Below are positions 46,866-56,429 of a DNA stretch of 64,000 nt, piece by piece. The notes under the pieces were generated by a model. That model did not search any database. It was given only the letters and a program-made list of their open reading frames with translations, and was not told the origin of the DNA. Position numbers and translations under genes: made by a program. Each line of letters begins with the position of its first letter. The first letter of the stretch is position 1. Source of the DNA: an uncultured Acidobacteriota bacterium (GTDB lineage: Bacteria > Acidobacteriota > Blastocatellia > RBC074); NCBI GenBank assembly GCA_963699175.1, contig OY969418.1, positions 7,325,352-7,389,351 on the forward strand, given 5' to 3'.

Positions 46866-48974
46866 ATGAAGGTGCGCCTACTTATTTCACTTGTTCTGGT
46901 TTGTGCGACGCTGTTCCTAGTCGGCGAATCAATCTATTCGAACACGCCACTGCCGCAAGCCAGTCAATCAACAGCGCAGCGCAAAATCGCGCCGTGGGTA
47001 CTGGAGCGCACTGCCGACGGCAAGCAAGCCGAGTTTCTCGTCATCCTCGCTGACAAGGCCGACTTGAGCGGCGCAAAAGAGTTTCAGACCAAGCGTGAGA
47101 AAGGGCGTTTTGTACGCGACGCGCTTTTCGCCAAAGCGCAACAGACGCAAGCGCCGCTGCTCGCCTGGCTGCGTGCGCGCGGCATCGCACATCGTTCGTT
47201 CTACATCGTCAACGCAATCTGGGTCAGAGCCACGCGCGCCACCATGCTTCAGATCGCCGCGCGTGCCGAGGTCGCGCGCATCGAAGGCAATCCGAGAATT
47301 CGCAACCTCGAACCCGTCAAGCCGACTGAAGCAGAACTGCAAGCGGCGCTCAACGCCGTCGCGGCTCCGCAGGCCATCGAGCTGGGCGTGACCTACATTC
47401 GCGCGCCGGAAGTCTGGGCGCAGGGCTTCACTGGTCAAGGCATCGTCATCGGCGGCGCGGACACGGGCGTTAAGTGGGATCATCCGGCGCTCAAGAATCA
47501 TTATCGCGGTTGGAACGGCTCGTCAGCCGATCACAACTACAACTGGCATGACAGTATTCATTCGGGCGGCGGGTTGTGCGGACCGAACTCGCCGACCCCA
47601 TGCGATGACGACGTTTCCTCCCCTAATCATGGCACGCACACGCTCGGTACGGCGGTGGGCGATGACGGCGGCACTAATCAGATCGGCGTCGCACCCGGCG
47701 CAAAATTCATCGCCTGCCGCAATATGGATCGTGGCAATGGCACGCCTGCAACCTACATCGAATGCATGGAGTGGTTTCTCGCGCCTTATCCGGTGGGTGG
47801 CAATACGTCGCAGGGCGATGCGTCCAAGTCGCCCGACATCACAACCAACTCGTGGGGTTGTCCACCTTCAGAGGGCTGCGCGCCCGGTACGCTGCAAACC
47901 GCCATCGAAGCGCAACGCGCCGCCGGCATTATGACCGTAGTCGCAGCGGGCAATAGCGGTTCGGCCTGCTCAACTGTGGTAGACCCGCCCTCACTTTACG
48001 ACGCGGCCTACACCATCGGCGCGATTATTTCGGGCGCTGGGACGATTGCTTCATTCAGCAGTCGCGGCCCGGTGACGATTGACGGCAGCAATCGGCGCAA
48101 GCCCGACATCACTGCGCCCGGCGTAGGCGTGCGTTCTTCGGTGGGCAGCAGTAGCTATACATCTTTAAGCGGCACTTCAATGGCCACGCCACACGTGGCC
48201 GGCGCGATAGCCTTGCTCTGGTCGGCGCACACTGAGTTGCGCCATCAAATCACTGCCACCGAGGACATCCTAAACGAGGCCGCGGTGGATGTTGCCAGCA
48301 CTTTGTGTAGTAGTAGCGGCGTCCCGAACAATGTGTATGGCTTCGGACGATTGGACATCAAAGCCGCAGTGGATTTGGCAGCGGCTTTGGTGCTGAGAAT
48401 TGACAGTGTGACGCCACCAGCAGGGCGAACTTTAGGTGGGCAGCCGATCAAGTTGGCAGGGGCATTCGCCAACTTATTGAGTGTGACGGTGGGTGGAAAC
48501 TCCGCCACCTGGGACTACACTAATGGGCCGAGCGATACAAGCATGATTACTGTCACTACGCCAGCACACGCCGTTGGAGCCGTTGATATAGTTCTGACGC
48601 CAAACTCGGGCAGTCCTTATACCAGGACTGCCGCCTTCGCCTATCTGCCGACCAGCTTCACTGACGACACGCTGGTAGTGGGCGAGACGACGGTCAAAGT
48701 CCAACACCTTCTCGAACTGCGTCAGGCGGTGGACGCTTTGCGCGTAGTCGCCGGATTTGGGCCAGCGACCTGGACTGATCCCACGTTGTCGTCCACGATC
48801 ACTATAATTAAGGCCGTGCATATTACCGAGTTGCGGACAAACTTGGAGAACGTCGCGCTGTCGCTCGGCTACTCCGCTGTAGCATACATTGACCCAATGC
48901 TCAGTGGTGGTTTTGTGATCAAGCAGGTACACATTGAGGAACTACGCCAGCGCATTCGAGCTATCGCTGGCTGA
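46866..48974 (+). CDS. secreted subtilisin-like serine protease (S8) with C-terminal IPT-like plus conserved HIxELR-repeat module
   Basis: Signal peptide. Catalytic D (GADTGV), H (HGTHTLGTAVG), S (GTSMATPHVAGA). Last about 190 aa nearly identical to the metalloprotease C-terminus. Confidence 0.9.
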   Translation: MKVRLLISLVLVCATLFLVGESIYSNTPLPQASQSTAQRKIAPWVLERTADGKQAEFLVILADKADLSGAKEFQTKREKGRFVRDALFAKAQQTQAPLLAWLRARGIAHRSFYIVNAIWVRATRATMLQIAARAEVARIEGNPRIRNLEPVKPTEAELQAALNAVAAPQAIELGVTYIRAPEVWAQGFTGQGIVIGGADTGVKWDHPALKNHYRGWNGSSADHNYNWHDSIHSGGGLCGPNSPTPCDDDVSSPNHGTHTLGTAVGDDGGTNQIGVAPGAKFIACRNMDRGNGTPATYIECMEWFLAPYPVGGNTSQGDASKSPDITTNSWGCPPSEGCAPGTLQTAIEAQRAAGIMTVVAAGNSGSACSTVVDPPSLYDAAYTIGAIISGAGTIASFSSRGPVTIDGSNRRKPDITAPGVGVRSSVGSSSYTSLSGTSMATPHVAGAIALLWSAHTELRHQITATEDILNEAAVDVASTLCSSSGVPNNVYGFGRLDIKAAVDLAAALVLRIDSVTPPAGRTLGGQPIKLAGAFANLLSVTVGGNSATWDYTNGPSDTSMITVTTPAHAVGAVDIVLTPNSGSPYTRTAAFAYLPTSFTDDTLVVGETTVKVQHLLELRQAVDALRVVAGFGPATWTDPTLSSTITIIKAVHITELRTNLENVALSLGYSAVAYIDPMLSGGFVIKQVHIEELRQRIRAIAG

Positions 48975-49048
48975 AAGTCTCTGATCGAGTGAACGTCTCA
49001 GTTCACCGATCAGTTCATCGCTTAAATAGATCGCAAAAAATGCTTTGC

Positions 49049-49145
49049 CAACCACGAAGAGACGAAGGACACGAAGAAAGCTGAAAAGCCTTGTGCCTGC
49101 CTGTTTTCTTCTTTCTATGCTTCGTGCTCTTCGTCTCTTCGTGGT
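49049..49145. repeat. about 26-bp near-perfect inverted repeat between the two protease genes
   Basis: ACCACGAAGAGACGAAGGACACGAAG ... CTTCGTGCTCTTCGTCTCTTCGTGGT. Confidence 0.5.
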
Positions 49146-49200
49146 GGAAAAATTGTGTCAACGAACCCTACTTAGTTACTCTGGTTTCTTTTGATTTTTT

Positions 49201-51807
49201 ATGAGCAAACGTTTCAATCACCCCCGTTACCTTTCATTGCGCAAAACTCTCTTCTGGTTTGTCTGCGCGCTCTTCATCTTCACACTGATCGCAGCCGTAC
49301 TTTCTATTCGGAATACTCAAGCGTCAGCGCAAACCAATGCCCAATCCTCTGACGGGGTATGGAAATTCATAGCAGAATCTTCGATCATCGTCAGAGGTGA
49401 GCGATTGATTATCCCGCAGGTTTATCAGACAGCGCAGGTCAACGAAGCGGCCTTAAGACAACTACTGGATAAAGCCCCACTGGAATTCACGCAGGAAGCC
49501 AAGGACAACAGGATAACGCTCGCGTTGCCTCTGCCTGATGGCCGCTTCTCCACCTTCCGCATTGAAAAATCACCTATTATGGAACCGGGGCTGGCGGTTA
49601 AATTTCCTGAAATCAAAACCTATCGCGGGCAGGGGGTTGACGACCTAACGGCCACGGTTCGTTTTGATTTAACTCCTGCCGGTTTTCACGCGCTGATTCT
49701 GGCGGAACGTGGCTCGATTTTTATTGATCCTTATTCAAAAGGCGATACGGCAAATTACATAATTTATTTCAAAGCCGATTACCGCAATGACGACAAATCA
49801 TTTCAATGTTTCTTTGAAAACCCTGGCCGACCGCCGCGCAGAACTAATCAGCCCGCCGCGCCCAATGTTGTGAATGGCGCGACGCTGCGCACCTATCGTC
49901 TGGCTTTGGCTGCGAACGGCGAATACACCATGACCAAGGGCGGAACAGTTGCGGGAGCGTTGTCAGCGATGACGACGACGATGAATCGCGTAAATGAAGT
50001 TTATGAACGAGAGCTGGCGGTTCGCCTGATACTTGTCGCCAATGAGGACTTGATTATTTACACGAACGCCGCGACCGACCCGTACTCGAACTCGAACGGC
50101 TTCCTAGCCTTGAACCAGAACCAGGCGAATCTGGATGTGGTCATTACCAGCGCGAACTACGACATCGGGCACGTCTTTACGACAGGCAGCGGCGGGGTTG
50201 CCGGCTTGGAAGTGGTTTGTGTGAGCGGAGTAAAAGCCCAAGGCACCACTGGTCTTTCTGATCCGAGCGGCGATGTCTTTGCCATAGATTATGTGGCGCA
50301 CGAGATGGGGCATCAATTTGGCGGCAACCACACGTTTAATGGAACGACCAGCAACTGTGGCGGCGCCAACCGTGAACCTTCTGCCGCTTATGAGCCTGGC
50401 AGCGGTTCAACGATTATGGCTTACGCAGGTATCTGCGGCGCGCAAAACCTGCAATCAAACAGTAACGATTATTTTCACGTGAAGAGCCTGGAAGAGATTG
50501 GCGCCTTCATTGCATCAACTACTTGTGATCAGGAAACCAGCACAGGCAACACTGTGCCAACCGTGAGCGCGGGAGCAACGGTGACCATCCCTAAAGGCAC
50601 TCCCTTTACTTTGACGGCTACCGGTAACGATGCCAATGGCGATGCGATAACTTATTGCTGGGAAGAATATGATTTGGGAGATGCTTCACCACCGGATAAT
50701 GATGCGGATGGGATCGCCAGACCGATCTTCCGCTCGTTTAATCCAACCACAAATCCTTCGCGTACCTTTCCAAAACTTTCCGATCTGTTAAACAACACAT
50801 CAACTATTGGCGAAGTCCTGCCGGCGATCACCCGCACCATGAATTTCCAAGTTACGGTTCGTGACAATCGTGCTGGCGGAGGCGGTATCAATACAGCTAC
50901 GAAGCAAGTTATTGTCAACGCAACTACCGGGCCTTTTTTAGTAACACAACCAAATACGGCAGTAACTTGGGCTGCCGGAAGCCAACAGACAGTTACCTGG
51001 AATGTAGCAGGCACTACTAACGCTCCTGTGAGCGCAGCTAATGTCAAGATTTCATTTTCAACCGATGGCGGCAATACTTTCCCAACAGTGCTGATTGCCA
51101 GTACCCCCAATGACGGGTCAGAGAATATTACTGTCCCTAATACGCCAACCTCTACGGCGCGCATTAAAATAGAGGCGGTCGGTAACATCTTTTTCGACAT
51201 ATCCAATGTCAACTTTACCATCGGCGCTGCCACAACACTGGCAATTAACAGCGTCATCCCGCCCGCCGGGCGTATTTCCGGCGGACAACCAGTCAAGATA
51301 GCTGGCATATTCCCTAACTCATTTACCGTGACAGTGGGCGGCGTCTCCGCCAACTGGGTCTTCTCTAGCGGCATGAGCGAGATTACTGTCACTACCCCGG
51401 CCCACGCCGTCGGGGCTGTTGATATAGTTTTGACGCCAACTGCGGGCAGCCCCTACACCAAGGCCAACGCCTTCGGCTATTTGCCGATCAGCTTCACTGA
51501 CGACACGCTGGTGGTGGGCGAGACGACGGCTAAGGCGCAACACATCCTTGAACTGCGGCAGGCGGTGGACGTTTTGCGCGCGGTCGCGGGACAGGGGGCT
51601 GCGGCTTGGAGTGATTCTACGCTCACCCCCACCAGCACGCTGATCAAGGCGGCGCACATTACCGAGTTGCGGACGAATTTTGAGAGCGTCGTAGCGACGC
51701 TCGGCTATTCTCCCGGAACATATACTGACCCGACGCTCAGTGGTTTGGTGATCAAGCGAGTACACATCGAAGAATTGCGCCAGCGTATTCGGGCCATTGC
51801 GGGCTGA
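49201..51807 (+). CDS. secreted zinc metalloprotease (metzincin, HExxHxxGxxH) with the same C-terminal module as the S8 protease
   Basis: N-terminal TM/signal. VAHEMGHQFGGNHTF. Same C-terminal module as the S8 gene. Confidence 0.75.
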   Translation: MSKRFNHPRYLSLRKTLFWFVCALFIFTLIAAVLSIRNTQASAQTNAQSSDGVWKFIAESSIIVRGERLIIPQVYQTAQVNEAALRQLLDKAPLEFTQEAKDNRITLALPLPDGRFSTFRIEKSPIMEPGLAVKFPEIKTYRGQGVDDLTATVRFDLTPAGFHALILAERGSIFIDPYSKGDTANYIIYFKADYRNDDKSFQCFFENPGRPPRRTNQPAAPNVVNGATLRTYRLALAANGEYTMTKGGTVAGALSAMTTTMNRVNEVYERELAVRLILVANEDLIIYTNAATDPYSNSNGFLALNQNQANLDVVITSANYDIGHVFTTGSGGVAGLEVVCVSGVKAQGTTGLSDPSGDVFAIDYVAHEMGHQFGGNHTFNGTTSNCGGANREPSAAYEPGSGSTIMAYAGICGAQNLQSNSNDYFHVKSLEEIGAFIASTTCDQETSTGNTVPTVSAGATVTIPKGTPFTLTATGNDANGDAITYCWEEYDLGDASPPDNDADGIARPIFRSFNPTTNPSRTFPKLSDLLNNTSTIGEVLPAITRTMNFQVTVRDNRAGGGGINTATKQVIVNATTGPFLVTQPNTAVTWAAGSQQTVTWNVAGTTNAPVSAANVKISFSTDGGNTFPTVLIASTPNDGSENITVPNTPTSTARIKIEAVGNIFFDISNVNFTIGAATTLAINSVIPPAGRISGGQPVKIAGIFPNSFTVTVGGVSANWVFSSGMSEITVTTPAHAVGAVDIVLTPTAGSPYTKANAFGYLPISFTDDTLVVGETTAKAQHILELRQAVDVLRAVAGQGAAAWSDSTLTPTSTLIKAAHITELRTNFESVVATLGYSPGTYTDPTLSGLVIKRVHIEELRQRIRAIAG

Positions 51808-51838
51808 GGTAACGGGTCAGTAAGAGGCTGTTTTTGCC

Positions 51839-53719
51839 ATGCAATTTTTCGATTACTTGGTTTGGTCGCTCGCCCATTTCCTGGTCTGGGCATTGATGCT
51901 ACTGGCAGCCTTTAGTTTGGGCAGTCTAGGAACGTTTTTCATGCGCCCACAGCCTTATCAGTCGTTACTTGAAAGGCTCGTATTTACTGTCGCCTTGGGG
52001 TTGGGTTTATGGGCATCGCTGATCTTCGCACTAGGCTTGGTCGGCGCGATTTATGCCCCGCTGCTCTGGTTGCTGACGGTTATTATCGCGTTCAGGCAAG
52101 TGCTCGCTGTGCTGCCACGGCTTCGGCAGATCAACGTTGAAAACCTGCGCGACTGGTTGCATAAGCTGCGTTCGGCCACTGCTGTGCCAGTGTGGTTGTT
52201 ACTGGTGGTGCTAGGCTACGTGGCGATCCCGCTCAGGCTAACACAGTATCCGCCGATTCAATGGGACGCGGTTGGCAATCATCTCGTGGTGGCGCGCGAG
52301 TATTTGTTGACGCATCGTCTAGCTCTTTATCCAGGTGTGGCGCAGCCCGTGCTGCCAGCGCTCAACCACCTACTTTTCACCTGGGCAATGGCCTTGCTCG
52401 ACGACCTGGTCGCACAATTAATCGAATTCACTTTTTTGATGCTGACGGCGGTCGGTTTGTATCTCTGGGGGAGGCGGGAGAACCGCGAGCTACTGGGACT
52501 GGCCGCCGGGGCGCTGTGGCTGGCCCATCCGCTAGTGTTGCAGCTCGGCGCAAGCGCCTACATTGACGTGGGACTGACTTGCTATGTCTTTCTGGGTTTG
52601 TACGCGCTCCGTGTTTTTGCTGAAAGTCGTGAAGCACAATGGCTCGCGTTGGCCGTCGCTCTGCTCGGAATGGCTGCTGGCTCGAAGATGACGGGGCTGT
52701 TCTTTTTCGGGTTAGGGACGCTCCTCGGCCTGTGGCTGGCTTGGCGTGCGCGCTTAGGTTGGACGGCGCTGGCGAAAGCGTGCGTGATTGGCGGGTTGGT
52801 GGCCGCGCCGTGGTACGGACTGATTGCCTATCACACGGGCAATCCGGTTTGGCCCTTTTTTCCGCAATGGAGTCGCAGTCAATTGATCGGTGGCGAAATG
52901 TCCCAGGCGACCATTAGCGGCTTTATGTCCGGAGTCGGAGGTGAGAAGACTTGGCTCAACTTCCTCAAGCTTCCTTACAATTTGCTGCGGCGGCAGGAGC
53001 TTTTTTTCAAGGACGACAATCGGGGCTACTGGGGAATTATTGCCTTGTGGCCGGTGGCCTTGCTCGCCCTCATCTGGCGGCGTTCTGAATGGTGGCGAGC
53101 CGCAGGCTGGTGGGCTGCTTGGACGCTGGCCTATACCCTATTCTGGTACGCGACGGCGTCGTATTTGCGCTATTTGTTACCCGTCGTTCCGTTAATGGGG
53201 CTGGTTTTGTATGAGTCAATTGATTATGGATTGAACCGCGCAGATCGAGCGGGGACTTGGCGCCGGATGTTCTGGATAGTCATGACATTGGCCATGCTGG
53301 GATTGAGTCTACCTTTGATCGCGCGGAGTGGCAGGGGGCTGGGTCATTTGCCGCCAACCAATGCTGCGGCGCGCCAGTCATATCTCAATCGAGTCGGCTA
53401 TCGCGGTGTGCAATATATAAATGAACACGCCCAGGCGACCGATAAGGTTTTTATCTTGAATGGCAACTATCTGACTTATTACTTAAAGCCGCGCGTAGTC
53501 GGATTCGGTTGGGTGGAGATTGACCCAAACGGCAAGTCTTCAATTCGGTCGGTAGACACCCGTTGGCTGAGGAAAGTGGAAGAAGAGCAGGTGAACTGGA
53601 TCATCTTGCAGCACGAAGGGCTTACTGCATCGCCAGACAGCCCATTCGCCAGCCCCGACGGCCCGCGGTTTGAAAGGGTCTACAGCGATGAGCGGTCTTA
53701 TGTTTATCGTCGAATGTAA
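51839..53719 (+). CDS. polytopic membrane protein, GT-C-fold glycosyltransferase-like (ArnT/PMT-like), putative
   Basis: About 12 predicted TM helices in the first 420 aa, then a soluble C-terminal domain. Periplasmic loop WDAVGNH. 31-nt gap after the metalloprotease gene. Family assignment tentative. Confidence 0.45.
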   Translation: MQFFDYLVWSLAHFLVWALMLLAAFSLGSLGTFFMRPQPYQSLLERLVFTVALGLGLWASLIFALGLVGAIYAPLLWLLTVIIAFRQVLAVLPRLRQINVENLRDWLHKLRSATAVPVWLLLVVLGYVAIPLRLTQYPPIQWDAVGNHLVVAREYLLTHRLALYPGVAQPVLPALNHLLFTWAMALLDDLVAQLIEFTFLMLTAVGLYLWGRRENRELLGLAAGALWLAHPLVLQLGASAYIDVGLTCYVFLGLYALRVFAESREAQWLALAVALLGMAAGSKMTGLFFFGLGTLLGLWLAWRARLGWTALAKACVIGGLVAAPWYGLIAYHTGNPVWPFFPQWSRSQLIGGEMSQATISGFMSGVGGEKTWLNFLKLPYNLLRRQELFFKDDNRGYWGIIALWPVALLALIWRRSEWWRAAGWWAAWTLAYTLFWYATASYLRYLLPVVPLMGLVLYESIDYGLNRADRAGTWRRMFWIVMTLAMLGLSLPLIARSGRGLGHLPPTNAAARQSYLNRVGYRGVQYINEHAQATDKVFILNGNYLTYYLKPRVVGFGWVEIDPNGKSSIRSVDTRWLRKVEEEQVNWIILQHEGLTASPDSPFASPDGPRFERVYSDERSYVYRRM

Positions 53720-53859
53720 GCGTGGGAATGGCCTCGGCAGGGTGGATTTGAAGACTGCTGCGATTGCAAGTTGAAGATTGGTCTTTATAATTTGCAGCCG
53801 GTTGGTTGTGTACATTCACCCATTGATTGCACCATATTGATTGCCGAGGAAGCGACTTC

Positions 53860-55461
53860 ATGCCATCTCCCAACGCGAAAGTGCCGAAAGTTTTTATCAG
53901 CTATAGCCACGATTCGCACGTGCAGCTTGACCGCGTGCTGGCGCTGGCCGACCGGCTGCGCGCAGAAGGGATTGATTGCAACCTTGATCAATATGAATCC
54001 ACGCAGCCGCAACGCTGGCCAAGTTGGATGAACGAACAGTTCCGTGCCGCTGATTTCATCCTGGTTGTCTGTACTGAGATTTATTGCCGTCGCTTCGAGG
54101 GGCGTGAAGAGTCGGGCAAAGGCATGGGCGCGAAATGGGAAGGCGCAATCATTACCAGCGAATTGTACCGGGATGAAACGCTCAATCGGCGCTTCATCCC
54201 AATTATCTTTGCTGCCGAAGATGCCGCACAAGTGCCGGAACAATTGCGGGATTACACGCGCTATCTGGTGACGGACGAGCAGGGCTACGAAGCGCTTTAC
54301 CGACGCCTGACCAAGCAGCCGCGCGTGGTCAAACCGCCGCTCGGACAGGTGCAGACATTCGAGCCGGTCAATAAGCTGAACGCCTTGCCCGACGAGAACC
54401 GGCAACAGGAGTTTCCAGTGATTGAAGCGGAAGTCGCTCACCCATCTTCACATCAGAGTGTCGCCACACTCACTCCATCGCTAGTTACTGAACCTGTTAG
54501 AGCGCCAGTCAAAGAACCGGAGACGCCCTGGCAAGAACAACACGACAAGGTTGAAGTGAAGAACCCAACCCGTCAGCTAGCGCCACTAAGCAGCCGGCGC
54601 AGAAGACTGATCTTAGCAAGCGGCGTATTGGTGATGGGGTTGGCAATCGCAGTAGCTTCCAGCCTGTTGTACAAAAGCAATTCGGTTGTGACTGACAATC
54701 GCAGCCCGACGCCGACAGTTGCCTCACCCAGCCCAGTGGCCAAAGCGACTTTGCGATCATTCACTGCTGATCTCGGCAACGGCGTGAAGCTGGAGATAGT
54801 CGCGTTGCCAGGCGGCACGTTTGAGATGGGGTCGGACAATGGCACGATTGATGAGAAGCCGAAACACAAAGTGACGCTCTCACCCTTTGCCATCGGCAAA
54901 TACGAAGTGACGCAGGCGCAGTGGCAAGCCGTGATGGGCAACAATCCGAGCTACTTCAAAGGCGATAACTTGCCGGTGGAAAGAGTTTCGTGGCTCAATG
55001 TCCAAAAGTTTATTGAGAGGCTCAAGCTCAAGACCGGCAACCAGACTTATTGCTTGCCGACCGAAGCCGAGTGGGAGTACGCGGCGCGCGCCGGTTCGAC
55101 CGGCAAGTACAGCTTCGGCGACGATGCAGCCAAGCTCGGCGAGTATGCTTGGTTTAGGGGAAACTCCGGCGCCAAGACGCATCCCGTTGGGCTAAAGAAG
55201 CCAAACGATTGGGGCTTATATGATATGCAGGGCAATGTATCGGAGTGGTGCCAGGATTGGTACAGCAAGGATTACTACGAGCAAAGTGTGAACAGCACTA
55301 ATCCGCGAGGGCCATCATCAGGCGAGTATCGCGTCCTGCGTGGCGGCCCGTGGTTCATCAACATTGATGATGCGCGCCCCGTCTACCGCGGCTTCTACAA
55401 TCCCGGCGACCGCGACATCAGTGTGGGTTTTCGGGTGGTGGTGGCGCGTTCTCCTTCCTGA
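53860..55461 (+). CDS. TIR-domain - TM - FGE/SUMF1-domain protein (receptor-like architecture)
   Basis: Start ATG 53860 with SD GAGGAAG. N-terminal KVFISYSHDS...FILVVCTE (TIR_2-like). One TM (LILASGVLVMGLAIAVASSLLY). C-terminal FGE domain (YCLPTEAEWEYAARAG, NVSEWCQDWY, LRGGPW). Confidence 0.8.
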   Translation: MPSPNAKVPKVFISYSHDSHVQLDRVLALADRLRAEGIDCNLDQYESTQPQRWPSWMNEQFRAADFILVVCTEIYCRRFEGREESGKGMGAKWEGAIITSELYRDETLNRRFIPIIFAAEDAAQVPEQLRDYTRYLVTDEQGYEALYRRLTKQPRVVKPPLGQVQTFEPVNKLNALPDENRQQEFPVIEAEVAHPSSHQSVATLTPSLVTEPVRAPVKEPETPWQEQHDKVEVKNPTRQLAPLSSRRRRLILASGVLVMGLAIAVASSLLYKSNSVVTDNRSPTPTVASPSPVAKATLRSFTADLGNGVKLEIVALPGGTFEMGSDNGTIDEKPKHKVTLSPFAIGKYEVTQAQWQAVMGNNPSYFKGDNLPVERVSWLNVQKFIERLKLKTGNQTYCLPTEAEWEYAARAGSTGKYSFGDDAAKLGEYAWFRGNSGAKTHPVGLKKPNDWGLYDMQGNVSEWCQDWYSKDYYEQSVNSTNPRGPSSGEYRVLRGGPWFINIDDARPVYRGFYNPGDRDISVGFRVVVARSPS

Positions 55462-55665
55462 TCACTGTTGGGGCGGTGCGCGAAGCGCAGGCGCGTATGC
55501 GCCAGCCCCACTGCGCCGCAGGCGCAGTCGAAGATTTTTCTACCCTGGCGCTGGCAACGCCGCATGCGTGGCCATCTCTGCTAGTTGCGCTAAAAGGAGC
55601 GGCGTGTGGGCAGACTGGGCGAGGTAGTGCCTGGTAGCTTCAAATGAAACAATGAGCCAAAGCGA

Positions 55666-55947
55666 ATGGCGACTATCCAGAAAATCCGGCAGAAAATTAT
55701 TGATCGGGCTTACTACCTCTCCTCGCATGCTGAAGAGGAAATGGCAGCGGATGGATTCGAGCGTGCTGATGTGGAACAGGCGATTTGTAAAGGACGGATC
55801 GAAAAGAGACTGACGCAGGATGAGCGTGGCACGCGCTACCGTATCGAAGGGCCAGCCAAAGATGGTAGGATGATGCAGGCCCTTTGCCGCTTCGGGGCGG
55901 ACAGCGATCTGGTGATCATTACGGTTTACGCTTTAACGGAGAAATGA
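55666..55947 (+). CDS. DUF4258-family protein (toxin-like)
   Basis: 93 aa. Family-like AYYLSSHAEEEMAADGF...ADVEQAI. Stop overlaps the next start (ATGA). Confidence 0.6.
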   Translation: MATIQKIRQKIIDRAYYLSSHAEEEMAADGFERADVEQAICKGRIEKRLTQDERGTRYRIEGPAKDGRMMQALCRFGADSDLVIITVYALTEK

Positions 55948-56171
55948 TGATTTGCGAATTCTGCGGTGGGCAGACTGCTTTACGAAAAGTCAGGAAACAA
56001 CATTGGCTCGGCGGTAAACTCTACCTCGTGGAGAATGTCGAAGCTGCGGTCTGCACTGAGTGCGGCGAGCGTTACTTTCACGCGACGGTGTTGGATCAGA
56101 TAGACGAGATGTTGAAGGCCGAGCATCTGGTTAAAGAGCATCTTTCGGTCGAAGTGGTGAGCTTTGCGTGA
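55944..56171 (+). CDS. YgiT-type zinc-finger protein (MqsA N-domain-like antitoxin)
   Basis: MMICEFCGG...AAVCTECGERYF (CxxC...CxxC). Confidence 0.65.
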   Translation: MMICEFCGGQTALRKVRKQHWLGGKLYLVENVEAAVCTECGERYFHATVLDQIDEMLKAEHLVKEHLSVEVVSFA

Positions 56172-56422
56172 TTATGCCTGAGGATTTCTGCGAATACTGC
56201 GATGCCACGTTGCCCGCCGGGGAAAAACTGGTAACGGTCTACCGCCACCGGCAGGGACAACACTTTATCTTCGAGCGAGTGCCAGCGCAGGTCTGTCCGC
56301 GTTGTGGCGAGCGTTATTATTCGGCAGCCGTAGTGCACGAAATGGATCGCTTGATGCAACAGCCTAGCTCATTAGCCAACCTTGTTTCAGTTCCAGTTAT
56401 TGCCTTGAAACCCGCTGTGTGA
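56168..56422 (+). CDS. second YgiT-type zinc-finger protein
   Basis: CEYCDA...CPRCGERYY. 4-nt overlap with the preceding gene. Confidence 0.65.
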   Translation: MIMPEDFCEYCDATLPAGEKLVTVYRHRQGQHFIFERVPAQVCPRCGERYYSAAVVHEMDRLMQQPSSLANLVSVPVIALKPAV

Positions 56423-56429
56423 AGGTTCT

